From an uncultured virus (IMG/VR IMGVR_UViG_3300050821_005794) (taxonomy: Duplodnaviria > Heunggongvirae > Uroviricota > Caudoviricetes), in IMG/VR virus record IMGVR_UViG_3300050821_005794: a stretch of DNA of 64,000 nucleotides; one strand, written 5' to 3'. How positions within the stretch are numbered: the stretch's first letter is position 1; each line of letters starts with the position of its first letter. The notes under the pieces are model-generated. The model searched no databases. It was given only the letters and a program-made list of their open reading frames with translations, and had not been told where the DNA came from. Both the position numbers and the translations under genes were made by a program. Shown here piece by piece: positions 19,490 through 29,073 of this stretch.

Positions 19490-20734
19490 TTATTCTTTGG
19501 TCTTCTCGTAGTAGGCTGAAGATATAACCTTGAGTTGTGCGCGGCCACATTCTCGAACGTATCTATCTGGCACAGTGCAAATGACGACGCCTTCTCGAAT
19601 GTGGTTGCCGCCTGCTTGGGTTTTGCCTTCGACCAGCGTTGTAGCTACTTCGGGATTCCACCCGCCAACAGCAAACAAAGATACCCATTCAATACTATAT
19701 CCTTCAGTCATCAATCGTGCTTGAGTCTTAGGCACCCAGTTGCCTTCTGAATCGCGAATATCAAACACTAAGACTCGCGGGTGCTCGGGTGTCGCGCCGT
19801 AATCAAAGCCTTTCTGGGTTGGCACAACTTCGCCGTACAGAGTATACTTAGGGTTATCGCGGCACCATCGTTCTAAATCAGGATTTTCCTTGGCTGCTTT
19901 TCTCCAAACATTACTAGACTTGGCCCGCTTCCAGAGTTTGCGCGAACCAACATAAAATTTGCCCTTGCCAAAGCCTGGCATAAAAACACACCTGAAATTG
20001 CTACCGTGGATTTTTTCAGTAATAACTACGTCTTCGCCAGGCACAAAAACCTGAGTATAATTTTTGAAGGCTTCGACATCGTAGATAGGTGGTGTGTGTT
20101 CGGGGGCCTTCTCATTAGCCCCGCCCAAATCGCCCCAGGGATCGTACAGCCCAAAACTCAGCCAATATGAAAGGAAATATAGCCAACCCTTCAGCGAGCG
20201 CGGCCAAATTTTAGATTGCTTTATGCTAGGTCCGCTAGATTGAACTTCATCAGGCTCGGGCGGGTTCCAGTGTGTGATGCCCAAAAATTCAGATACGTCG
20301 TCACCCTCTACAACTTGAATTTGTTTGCCTGTATCTCCATTATCCCGTAGCAAAGCGAAACTACTCGGTCTATAAAAATCAATGCCGTTGAGAGTGTCTT
20401 CATAGGGTGCAATCGTGGGCATGAGTAACCCTTCGGACCACTCTTTGCGCAACCTTCGCACTGTAACCCTGCGCCACTTCTCAGGAATCTCCATTTCAGG
20501 TACAATAACCCGAAGATTGCCGCCGCCATCCTTCTCCCACACAAAAGAATATTCAGAACGTGGGGGTACGACTGAATCTGGCTGCACATAGACTGCAAGC
20601 TCGCCAACTTTGAACTGCCCCTTACCAACCACAACTTGAAATCCCTCAATGGGTATTATTTCTAAACGATCAGCGTTTGGGTGGGGCAGGATACTAGCAA
20701 TGCGAACTACGTTGGTTCGGTGGGTAGAGTTCAT
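19490..20734 (-). CDS. ATP-dependent RNA ligase (DRB0094/Rnl2-like) with N-terminal OB-like domain
   Basis: HPNADRLE N-terminus; motif I TEKIHGSN; YGEV, VFDI, REGVV and LKVIS. Confidence 0.9.
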   Translation of the reverse strand: MNSTHRTNVVRIASILPHPNADRLEIIPIEGFQVVVGKGQFKVGELAVYVQPDSVVPPRSEYSFVWEKDGGGNLRVIVPEMEIPEKWRRVTVRRLRKEWSEGLLMPTIAPYEDTLNGIDFYRPSSFALLRDNGDTGKQIQVVEGDDVSEFLGITHWNPPEPDEVQSSGPSIKQSKIWPRSLKGWLYFLSYWLSFGLYDPWGDLGGANEKAPEHTPPIYDVEAFKNYTQVFVPGEDVVITEKIHGSNFRCVFMPGFGKGKFYVGSRKLWKRAKSSNVWRKAAKENPDLERWCRDNPKYTLYGEVVPTQKGFDYGATPEHPRVLVFDIRDSEGNWVPKTQARLMTEGYSIEWVSLFAVGGWNPEVATTLVEGKTQAGGNHIREGVVICTVPDRYVRECGRAQLKVISSAYYEKTKE

Positions 20735-20763
20735 AATGTGAACACCTCGGCGGCTAAAAAGAA

Positions 20764-20824
20764 AGAACGGACAAATTTTTGTGATCCAGTCTTATAAAGA
20801 GAACAGATCACGGCAGCCCGTTCT
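20764..20824 (-). ncRNA. Y-RNA-like hairpin 3
   Basis: AGAACGGGC(U)G pairs with UGUCCGUUCU; upper stem GUGAUC/GAUCAC. Confidence 0.7.
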
Positions 20825-20830
20825 GAAATT

Positions 20831-20950
20831 TAAGACACAGACGAGAATTAGGAATCCGTAACCCACATTTCTGTGGATGCGGGGTTTGAACCCGCTCTCA
20901 GTTATTAGACTGATTTATCCAATAACGAATTCCTGTCAGCCCATGTCTTA
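20831..20950 (-). ncRNA. Y RNA with tRNA-like domain (YrlA-like)
   Basis: UAAGACAUGGGC(U)GA/UCGUCUGUGUCUUA bulged stem; AGGAAUUCGU/ACGGAUUCCU; T arm GCGGG-UUCAAAC-CCCGC; AUCCACA-GAAA-UGUGGGU. Confidence 0.8.
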
Positions 20951-20968
20951 TAAAGTACTAAAATAAAT

Positions 20969-21030
20969 TGTAGACAAGTTTGTGTTCAAGGAGTTTACAT
21001 TAGCAGGTAACCCTCGAACCTCAGCCCACA
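20969..21030 (-). ncRNA. Y-RNA-like hairpin 1
   Basis: UGUGGGC(U)GAG pairs with CUUGUCUACA; upper stem GUUCGAGG/CCUUGAAC. Confidence 0.7.
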
Positions 21031-21043
21031 GCCCGCACAATTT

Positions 21044-22618
21044 CTATTCTAGCGCAAATTGACTTATAATCTGCGGCGTACTTGCATCAAACCCAACCAC
21101 ATCGAGCATTCCAGCATCGTTGGGGTCCGCAATACTAAATTGATTAGCGACTAGTCCACAGACTACTAGCTTGGCCGCGATTCCTGTTTTCTGCCTGTAC
21201 ATCTGCAAGGCTTTGACAGGATGTGTTGCCCCGCACCAGGTTTCTGAATCCGTATAAATCACGAAAGTATCAACGTTCATTTTCTTTTCAAGAGCATCCA
21301 AAATCGGCGCGGCACAGTCTGTGCTACCGAATGGTAATCCTTCTGTGATGCGGATAGCGTCCCGCAGGGTTGTCTTGGCGGTAACAGGAATTTCTATGAG
21401 TTTGTGTTGAAACCCAGCCATGTAATAGTTGCTTTCTGTTCTTGCGGTAACCATTGCCATAGCCATTGCTGCCGTTCGTGGCGACAGAAACGTACCCGCA
21501 ACCGAACCTGAAGACATCGAACCGGAAACATCAATCCCCAGATAGAAATTCTTCTTGGTCGGCTCAATGTTCTTAAACGCTAAATAAAATGCGTCATCTA
21601 GCGCATCTACAACCTGTGGCACGACCTTCCATTCGCCGTGACCTAGCATCCCTCTGCCAGCGCCATATGTACAGGCTGCGATCAGAATTTGGATAGGGTG
21701 AACGCGGGCTTTCTTAAGAAGGTCTGCGTCTGTCAGCCGTTCACAAACTGTACTAGCTGCTTCTGACAGCGGCGACAGCAATCCAGACTTGCTCATGTTG
21801 CCTAGATTGCGAATCACAGCTGTCATGGGCATTTTCTCAAGCAGCGCGGCCCAAACAATAGGGTCCTTCAAAAGTTCAGTAGGTACGGATTCGCGAACCA
21901 ATCCGTAATCTTTAATTAACTTGGCCGCATCGAGGGCCTTCGTAGTTTCTTGCAATTTAACATGGCCTTTGATGATAGCAGGGGTAGTCTTAGTAACTTC
22001 GCCCTTGACAACCCACTTTGCGATGGCTTGGTATTGGCCCTTGAACTTGATGTGTCGGAGCCGAAAGATATCCTTATGGCTCCAACCATCTCGCTGTTGG
22101 TACTTTACTACTTGTTCCGCCAGACGTTCGGGTTCCTTCTCAGTATACCACGCCGCAACAGCCCGGCGCAGACCTCGGCCCCATCCTCGGAATTGGCGAA
22201 CATAGGCAACGAAATGAAATAAGTGCGTGCCGATTCGAGCAATTTCAGGCAGGTTTGCTAATGCCGATGTTCGGGCAGTAATATCACCTTTGGCGGCCAC
22301 GTACGCTAACGCCATCAGTGCCGGATCGTTCTTCGGAGCACGACCGCCGCGACTGATTTCAAGAATGCGGTTGACAACTCGCAAGCCGTCTTTTTCGGCG
22401 CATTCTTTGACGGCTTTGAGATTGTCTATTGTAAGCTTTTGCTCGGAGGCATAGTAGCTGCCGCCTTCTGATCCCAAAATTAAGAAGCGATCTAACCGCT
22501 TCCAACAATCCACAGCGAAAGAATATCCACTGGCAGAATTCTGAACTTGTCTTTCGTTTAGAGGTTCAGTTTGTGGCGGATTCTCTAATGTGCTTGCAGC
22601 CCGCGTTAAGTAGCTCAC
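21044..22618 (-). CDS. rsr: Ro60/TROVE domain RNA-binding protein with vWA domain
   Basis: RLDRFLILGSEGGSYY, GWGRGLRRAV, KYQQRDGWSHKD, MPMTAVIRNLG, DVSGSM, TDSETW and GMLDVVGFD. Confidence 0.97.
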   Translation of the reverse strand: MSYLTRAASTLENPPQTEPLNERQVQNSASGYSFAVDCWKRLDRFLILGSEGGSYYASEQKLTIDNLKAVKECAEKDGLRVVNRILEISRGGRAPKNDPALMALAYVAAKGDITARTSALANLPEIARIGTHLFHFVAYVRQFRGWGRGLRRAVAAWYTEKEPERLAEQVVKYQQRDGWSHKDIFRLRHIKFKGQYQAIAKWVVKGEVTKTTPAIIKGHVKLQETTKALDAAKLIKDYGLVRESVPTELLKDPIVWAALLEKMPMTAVIRNLGNMSKSGLLSPLSEAASTVCERLTDADLLKKARVHPIQILIAACTYGAGRGMLGHGEWKVVPQVVDALDDAFYLAFKNIEPTKKNFYLGIDVSGSMSSGSVAGTFLSPRTAAMAMAMVTARTESNYYMAGFQHKLIEIPVTAKTTLRDAIRITEGLPFGSTDCAAPILDALEKKMNVDTFVIYTDSETWCGATHPVKALQMYRQKTGIAAKLVVCGLVANQFSIADPNDAGMLDVVGFDASTPQIISQFALE

Positions 22619-22636
22619 ATTGCCTCCATTTGTAGG

Positions 22637-22665
22637 ATTTTATCAGAACCCTTAAATATTGTCAA
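22637..22665 (-). promoter_or_regulatory. near-consensus sigma70 promoter of the Ro60 operon
   Basis: TTGACA-17 nt-TAAAAT, then GGAGG and GTG start. Confidence 0.8.
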
Positions 22666-22768
22666 GTCTTTTTTTTTTGAATATTTCTAGATATTCCTAA
22701 CATGGCGGCCTATTCCATTTCTTCTAGGCGGGAACCGTCCAAGCACCCAGCACGTTTGGATGCACCTG

Positions 22769-22987
22769 CTAGTCAGGGGACGAATGAAACCTGCCGCCAA
22801 TTCCGAAATTCTTTTTGACTTTTCTCCTATACGCAACCATGTAGTTCGGATGCTCGTCGTAGAACGATCTCATTTTACATAAACTACTGCAAAATCTTTG
22901 TTTGGTGCCGCCGTTTTGCGGCCTAACTTTTTGAAAAAATCCCTTGAGACACCAAAAACACAATCTTATTGGTCGCGAATCATTCAT
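22769..22987 (-). CDS. small zinc-finger protein
   Basis: CFWC..FCSSLC. Confidence 0.5.
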   Translation of the reverse strand: MNDSRPIRLCFWCLKGFFQKVRPQNGGTKQRFCSSLCKMRSFYDEHPNYMVAYRRKVKKNFGIGGRFHSSPD

Positions 22988-23327
22988 ATCTGAACAGTTA
23001 CTAACGGTTATCTGTGTCTATTACGGAATCCACTGCCCAAACAATTAATAGGATAAACAATGCTGTTAGATAAACTCCAATTATAGGAAAGTCCGGATAG
23101 AGCCGTCCAAGAAAGCTGCCAGTAAGCGCGGCCAACATAGCTGTTAAAATAAAAACAGGCACTCTCATTCGCTCAACACAGCAAGTGCGGCTATCGGGAT
23201 TGATTTCATGGCTTGGGCAACCTTTCTTTGAGAAGGCTACGAATGTCTTCAATAATAATACCAATGTCCACTAAGAGAAATATTATTACTACTCCGAATA
23301 TCCAAACATATATACTGGATGGATAGC

Positions 23328-24002
23328 TCATATTTTCTCCTTCTCCGCAGCGCCACGGTTGGCGGCGAGACTGGCAATAAATTCGCCGAAATTAGCCGCA
23401 TCCACACAACTGTCATCACACTTCCGAATATCCAAACATAGTGCTTCTGGTCCACATGGACCCTCATGTGAGGGGCGTGGCACATCAATATATGGAACTA
23501 GATACTCATAGACTTCTCGCTTCGCTGCCAGCACCGCTGCGTTCACTTTCTCTGTTACAAATCGCTCTACTTCCTCTGGCGTCATCCTGCCCATCTGGTC
23601 GCGCAGGGCGTCTTTTTGTTCGATTAGTTTATTTTCTTGTCTCTTCAACTCCGCATAACACTCATCGAGTTCCATTGACATTCCGGTACATTGAACCCGC
23701 ATTAGTCCGGTAGTATCCCAAACCTTCTTCGCCACCAGCTTCTCCAACTCATCTTCTTCGGCGCGGGTGGAGAGGGCGAGGATATCACGTACATGTTCTT
23801 GTGCAAACTCACACGGTGCAGGCCAACTACCATACTGGTCGCCATGTCCTTGATTACTTTTCGTTCGTTCAGCCGCCGCCCGCAGCGTCAGCGCCCGTTG
23901 TGCCGCGCGGTCGGCGATAAGTGAATCAATAACATCGTAAAGATTCTGCATCTCTTCATTAGGCCATCGCTTACGGCAGTACTTCTCCTTCACTCTATCG
24001 TC
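23328..24002 (-). CDS. hypothetical coiled-coil protein
   Basis: GGAGG RBS upstream of MDDRV start; start position approximate. Confidence 0.55.
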   Translation of the reverse strand, partial: DDRVKEKYCRKRWPNEEMQNLYDVIDSLIADRAAQRALTLRAAAERTKSNQGHGDQYGSWPAPCEFAQEHVRDILALSTRAEEDELEKLVAKKVWDTTGLMRVQCTGMSMELDECYAELKRQENKLIEQKDALRDQMGRMTPEEVERFVTEKVNAAVLAAKREVYEYLVPYIDVPRPSHEGPCGPEALCLDIRKCDDSCVDAANFGEFIASLAANRGAAEKEKI

Positions 24003-24332
24003 CATTGGCAGCCTCCCGTACCAGCTTCTTCGCGTGAAACAACTTGCAATCATCTTCGTGATTTAATTTTGAAGGACTGGCAGCAACGGCATGGCAGAAC
24101 TTACAGTGAAACCAACGATCTGCTCCTTGCTCGACCGTGTAGAAACCCTTCGCACCTTCCACGAGTGCCCAGCGTAGGGCCTTCTTTAATTCTTCAACGA
24201 GCATCAGCGACCTCCTCATCTAGTACTTCATCCCCTTTAAGGCTTCGTCCACTCTCGCTCGCCATTCCGATTGCGGAAAGTCAGGATAGAACCGTCCAAG
24301 AAAGGTGCCAACAATCGCAGCCAACATAGCTG

Positions 24333-24704
24333 TTAAAATAAAAATAAACAATCATCATTTGCGCGGATTTCGACAGCTGTATCTGCCGCAGTCCGCAACG
24401 ACAGCACCTGTTGTGTCTTGTTTACAACATTAAGCGCGGCAAGTTGGTCGCGCCATTCAATGGCCTGATTGAACACGCCTGTAAAATAGTCCATGTGCTC
24501 ATCAACCGAGGCGTTGGCCCCCAGTCCAGTCACTTTGCACAATTGTGCGCTTATCAGCGTCCGTTGTGCGGCACGGTCGGCGGTGATAAATTCGGCCAGA
24601 CTTTTGACTTGGGCCTCATCGAGATATTCCGTAGACATGTCGGCATATTGCCACTGCATTGCACGCAACTTCTCCTCCAACTCCTTTTCGCTATTGTCCA
24701 TCAC
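24333..24704 (-). CDS. hypothetical protein, partial paralog of the 23328 gene
   Basis: Shares ADRAAQR motif; GGAGG RBS. Confidence 0.55.
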   Translation of the reverse strand: MMDNSEKELEEKLRAMQWQYADMSTEYLDEAQVKSLAEFITADRAAQRTLISAQLCKVTGLGANASVDEHMDYFTGVFNQAIEWRDQLAALNVVNKTQQVLSLRTAADTAVEIRANDDCLFLF

Positions 24705-24993
24705 ACCCTCCAGTTCTTCTATAAGCGCCCAGACCTGCGCGCTACTTTCTGGTCAAAGAGATGCCTCTAGTGCGTACAGTCTTGACAGTTGCTCTGTCAG
24801 GATATCGTTCATCAGCAACCTCCTCAGTCCTCGTTCTACCTCTCCCGCTCCGGGTCTCGCCGGGGTCGTGCTGAATTCCCGTACTGTGCACAGGACACAC
24901 TCCGTATGACTTTCCACATGTACAGTTCAGAAGGCACCTCCTCTCCGCCACATCCGTCGCGGCCTGTAATTTGGTGGGCACGCAGAGGGAGGT

Positions 24994-25437
24994 TTACCCG
25001 CACACTCTGTAAGTGCCGTTTTCCAGTACTTCTACTAAACAGGGACTTCCCGGTTTTGTCCACTCTTTCAAAAAGTAATCAACCACATATCTCTTTGATT
25101 TCCCTTGGAATGTGTTCACCATGCCAGGATTCATCAGAGTGCCGTCCCCTTTCCAATATTTGTTAACGTAGGTGTAGCATTTGTCCACCAAGAATTTCTC
25201 TGTCGCATCGACAAACATTCGAGTACCGGGTGCTGGTTTGTAGTCTATCGGTGTGATCACATCTTGGTCCCAATTAACGTGTGTCATTTCCTTACCTCCA
25301 CGAGATTCAACGCAGAAGGGTGTTACACCATCTCGACTGTTCCAGATGATTTCCCACTCAGAACCATCATCTGTTTGGTATTTCATAAGTTTGAATGCTT
25401 CCGCATGATTGCTCAACCCGCACCACCCTCTCTTCAC
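24994..25437 (-). CDS. conserved phage hypothetical protein
   Basis: HAEAFKLMKY..EIIWNSRDGVTPF. Confidence 0.7.
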   Translation of the reverse strand: MKRGWCGLSNHAEAFKLMKYQTDDGSEWEIIWNSRDGVTPFCVESRGGKEMTHVNWDQDVITPIDYKPAPGTRMFVDATEKFLVDKCYTYVNKYWKGDGTLMNPGMVNTFQGKSKRYVVDYFLKEWTKPGSPCLVEVLENGTYRVCG

Positions 25438-25457
25438 GGAGCGTCAGTTCGTGCTCA

Positions 25458-25931
25458 TCACTTCGAGTTGGCCCATTCGTCATCCGAAAGACCGTTCTCC
25501 GTCCAGTACCCAAGGAACCCTACAACTAGATTCTGCAACAGCGCGTCAGGGTCGAAGTCCATTTCCTTGCCATTCATCGTCGCGCAACGAACTGCGTATT
25601 TTCCGGCAAGACGAACCTGTTCGGCAAAGCCTTCTTTGGTCATGGTGACGCCTTTTGATCTATCGAGTCTCGCATCGTTGGGGTCACTGCTCTTTCCGAT
25701 GATGAGCACGGCTCGTTCTCCCCTGCCCATCCTAAATACCATTGGAGGTACGTTAAACTTTCCGTAGCTTTCGTGTCTGTCGGCTCCGTAAATCCAGTGG
25801 TCAGGTCGCAATGGCATCGACATGATTGCAAATCCACTACCATCAGGGAGTGGTCCACCAACCTCAGTTATCTCGCCTCCGCAGTCGTCTGCCAACTTCT
25901 TAAGCAAAGGTGGCACTTTCCGTTCCTCCAT
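25458..25931 (-). CDS. conserved phage hypothetical protein
   Basis: PLPDGSGF..PLRPDHWIY..YAVRCATMNGKEMDFDPDAL; GGAGGAGG RBS. Confidence 0.75.
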   Translation of the reverse strand: MEERKVPPLLKKLADDCGGEITEVGGPLPDGSGFAIMSMPLRPDHWIYGADRHESYGKFNVPPMVFRMGRGERAVLIIGKSSDPNDARLDRSKGVTMTKEGFAEQVRLAGKYAVRCATMNGKEMDFDPDALLQNLVVGFLGYWTENGLSDDEWANSK

Positions 25932-26073
25932 ATGCGTATCCTCCTCCGTTCGTGCCCATCTTTAGTGTGAGGGCGCTGTCGGCCTCATCGCCATATACGA
26001 GCATAACCCGCTATGGCCCAGCACCCTCACCCTCTGCCGTGTTGCTAGGGATAAGCTAGTAAACACGGCGAGA

Positions 26074-26571
26074 TCAATTCACTGTGACCAAATTGCTGAG
26101 GAGTTCTGGCTCCCACCAATAGCACCCACGGCCACCACACACCTGAAAGTTGATCCAGGTGCCTGAGACTGTACCAGCGTGAACTGCGCCGGTTGAGTCG
26201 GTGATTTGCCAGTTGAAGGCAAACGTCCCTGGAATCGTTGTGACTCCACGCTCTGGCTTCAAGGGACTCGGCAACGTAAAGGCGGTCACGGCTGTAATGG
26301 TCCCCTGCCCGCTGATGGCGGGATTGGACTGGTAGAGGTCAAACCAATTCCTCGGGATGCCGCCCTGAAAGAAATATTCCAGGTCTGGGAGGCCGCTAGG
26401 GTCGTGATATGTGACTCCTCGGCAACTGAACTGCTCAAAGCTGGTGATCGGTTGGGCCGAGGCCATATCACAATAGAACGGAGTATTGGACGAATACTTG
26501 GATGCAGACTGCGGCATTGCTGGAACTGCAAACAACATCATAACTGCAAGTAGAATCGCTGTGAGTTTCAT
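26074..26571 (-). CDS. secreted beta-rich protein
   Basis: Signal peptide MKLTAILLAVMMLFAVPA. Confidence 0.7.
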   Translation of the reverse strand: MKLTAILLAVMMLFAVPAMPQSASKYSSNTPFYCDMASAQPITSFEQFSCRGVTYHDPSGLPDLEYFFQGGIPRNWFDLYQSNPAISGQGTITAVTAFTLPSPLKPERGVTTIPGTFAFNWQITDSTGAVHAGTVSGTWINFQVCGGRGCYWWEPELLSNLVTVN

Positions 26572-27047
26572 TGTTCTGTCACCTCTCCTGTAAAAGTTTC
26601 ATATGTTCGATACCACCGATTGGTGTAGTGATCGTTGAACAGCACTGTCAGCGTGCCTGTGAATGTGGCCCCTCTGAACTCAATGATGGCCGTTCGCTCG
26701 TAGCGGGGGGCACTATAACTGCCATCCGATTGGCGAACTGATGGGTGATAAACCGATGACACCGTGCCGCCAGTAATAACAAACGTGCCGGACACGCCGG
26801 ACAGACTGAGTGAGCCGCCTGCTTGAATGACACCGCTTTGCACCGTTGCCTTGAAATTCAGCGTTCCTACCACGCCTCCGCTAGTTTCCAAATTTGTGCA
26901 GGCAAGGTTAACGACTACCGCCCCCTGGGATGGCGTGCAGATCGTAGTAGCATAGTTCGGAACGGCTGTGAATTGTGTTTCCTGCGCGTACGAAGACCTT
27001 ACAGACATCATAATCATGAAAGCAACTAGTACAAGTATTCTCTTCAT
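26568..27047 (-). CDS. secreted beta-rich protein
   Basis: Signal peptide ending SYA-Q; AGGAGG RBS. Confidence 0.7.
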   Translation of the reverse strand: MKRILVLVAFMIMMSVRSSYAQETQFTAVPNYATTICTPSQGAVVVNLACTNLETSGGVVGTLNFKATVQSGVIQAGGSLSLSGVSGTFVITGGTVSSVYHPSVRQSDGSYSAPRYERTAIIEFRGATFTGTLTVLFNDHYTNRWYRTYETFTGEVTEQ

Positions 27048-27063
27048 TTTTCCTCCTTTAGTT

Positions 27064-27432
27064 TTAGTGTTTGACCCCCATCAACTCATACCGTACGTTA
27101 TTTATCGGGCTAATGCAAGCAAAATCTTTTACGGGAACGTTTACGTTGTACCCGATGAGCAAATCCTTGTCTGTAACCCTAGCAACCAAGGCAATGCTGC
27201 ACAAGGCCGCGCCTGGGGCTTCGGTCTTGAGGTTGCGGCCCTCCATCGTGTAGACTTCTACAATAGGCGACACAGAAACTAGCTTGCCGTACTCTTCTAT
27301 CGCCCCATCGCCTTCCATGATTTCAGTTATTGGCCGCGAAGTCCTAGCGTACCTCAACCTGTCTGTATCACAGTACCACAAACTGTTATCGGATTCGCAA
27401 GTGAACTGAATTAGCACTATTCTGCAATCCAC
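27064..27432 (-). CDS. hypothetical protein
   Basis: ORF fills the gap in a - strand run. Confidence 0.5.
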   Translation of the reverse strand: MDCRIVLIQFTCESDNSLWYCDTDRLRYARTSRPITEIMEGDGAIEEYGKLVSVSPIVEVYTMEGRNLKTEAPGAALCSIALVARVTDKDLLIGYNVNVPVKDFACISPINNVRYELMGVKH

Positions 27433-27586
27433 TTTGCGAATTTAGAACCAAAAAGTCCTAAAACAAACATCGCCACATACCCGGGCGGCAAAAGCACATT
27501 GCTACTATGGCTGTGTACCGCAAACCCCACATAGCAACCGATAAAATAATAGATTAATCCTACTATTGAAACACGAAATGATGAAC

Positions 27587-28093
27587 TCACTTATTCCTCC
27601 TATTTATTTTCCTAGACTGTCTTTGCTGGCTGCGCTTTTTGGCGGCCCGAGCTTTGCGCTTTTGTTTGATCTGCGCTTCCACGATACCCGAGATTCCTTC
27701 TTGTTCGCAGCACATGAATGCTTGAGTGAAGTTACCTGGTGCACAATACTTCCAATCAATGTGATCTTCTTTTGACTGGCCGCAGCGTTCACATTTTGAA
27801 CAACGCTCAATCTGAACAAGCTTATCGTGAACTTCAAACAACGGCGGGCGATTACGACTTAGGCGTGGAATCTTTCTCTTCTTAGCGTAGAAAGATCGCG
27901 GCACATCTCCTGAATTCGTAATTAAATACTTAGCCGAACAACATGCCTCTTGCTCTCGCCGCCGAAGTCTACAGTGCGGGCACCGAACCATCCGACCAAG
28001 GTTAGGATTCCTCTGAGCGTAGCTACCCGTAGTAGCTGCTTGTGCCGCCGATTGAACAGCTAGTTCTAGAATCTGGTCGCGGGTTAGTTCCAT
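27587..28093 (-). CDS. basic Cys-rich hypothetical protein
   Basis: CPHC and CxxC motifs; Arg/Lys-rich tail. Confidence 0.6.
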   Translation of the reverse strand: MELTRDQILELAVQSAAQAATTGSYAQRNPNLGRMVRCPHCRLRRREQEACCSAKYLITNSGDVPRSFYAKKRKIPRLSRNRPPLFEVHDKLVQIERCSKCERCGQSKEDHIDWKYCAPGNFTQAFMCCEQEGISGIVEAQIKQKRKARAAKKRSQQRQSRKINRRNK

Positions 28094-28255
28094 TTAACGA
28101 AGACCCCGCGTGTGAGCAATGAGTACCCACATTAGACAATTGAAAATCCAACTAAGCGCGACGTAATTCCTTTGAGAGAACGCAGAAACCGCGCATCCGA
28201 AACAACAGATAACCACAAAAAATTCAAGTATGTTTTGAATGTTATGAATATTCAT

Positions 28256-28564
28256 TTACCAAATCCCCATGAATGCCCCAAGTTTAGCCAACCTTTGCAT
28301 ACCCTTCTCAAACCGTGGCCCATGCATGATCTTTTTTGGTAGACTAATGTGTACCATTTCGTGCAATAAAACACACCGACTAAATTTCAGCCAGTGCTTG
28401 TATGTCCGGTTCAATTCTATGCCAACCCAATCGCCAATGTAGGTACTGAAACCAAAGGTGTCCTTGGGCATCTTAGCAAACCTTACGTAAATCTTTGGAA
28501 GCTGGCCGCCAAAGTATAGTTTATTATATTTTGTGTACCAGCCCCGAAGCTGCTTATTCGTCAT
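28256..28564 (-). CDS. SprT-like zinc metalloprotease domain protein
   Basis: YNKLYFGGQLP..LLHEMVH..HGPRF. Confidence 0.85.
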   Translation of the reverse strand: MTNKQLRGWYTKYNKLYFGGQLPKIYVRFAKMPKDTFGFSTYIGDWVGIELNRTYKHWLKFSRCVLLHEMVHISLPKKIMHGPRFEKGMQRLAKLGAFMGIW

Positions 28565-29073
28565 CCTACTTGTCCTTTATGAACAACCCGGCGCAGACTG
28601 ACGGTGCTATCAAAGCCCCAGTAGTCGCAACCGGAACCCCATCCCTCGCCCCAGTCTTGGAATTTCACGATGTACTTGAAGCCTTCGTCATTGTAATCAA
28701 TCTTGCCCGTGTCTTCAGGAGCGATTACGCCAAAGCGACCAAGAAGACCTAGTTGATCAAAATCGTTAGCTTCGTCTTGGTCGCGACCGCGCACAACAAT
28801 AACTTCGTCGCCGACTTGAAAGCCTTTGCGTACGGGTTCGGCGGCCACAAGTTCTAGATGATCTGATCCGATCCAGCGGCCATTAACGACGCCAGGTACA
28901 ATACCATAGACCGCGCCAGGACGAGCAAACTCTACGCCAATTGCGTCGCCGTAATAGAAATCAGAGTGGGGTTGAATATCTCGTATAATTCCAGTGGCCC
29001 CGATTACTACACCATTGTTCGCGTCCTGAACTCCCAAACTCTTTACTCGTACTCGGTCACCGATCTTAAACAT
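28561..29073 (-). CDS. tandem SH3/KOW-like domain protein
   Basis: FKIGDRVRV and FQVGDEVIV duplicated module. Confidence 0.65.
   Translation of the reverse strand: MFKIGDRVRVKSLGVQDANNGVVIGATGIIRDIQPHSDFYYGDAIGVEFARPGAVYGIVPGVVNGRWIGSDHLELVAAEPVRKGFQVGDEVIVVRGRDQDEANDFDQLGLLGRFGVIAPEDTGKIDYNDEGFKYIVKFQDWGEGWGSGCDYWGFDSTVSLRRVVHKGQVG

Noticed and set aside
20855..20915. Canonical tRNA gene suggested by GGGTTCAAACCC
   Set aside because: No anticodon arm or proper D loop and no free acceptor end; better explained as the tRNA-like domain of a Y RNA.
22724..22772. Fourth Y RNA upstream of Ro60
   Set aside because: Hairpin lacks the GGGCUG/UGUC helix and its G-U pairs favour the opposite strand.
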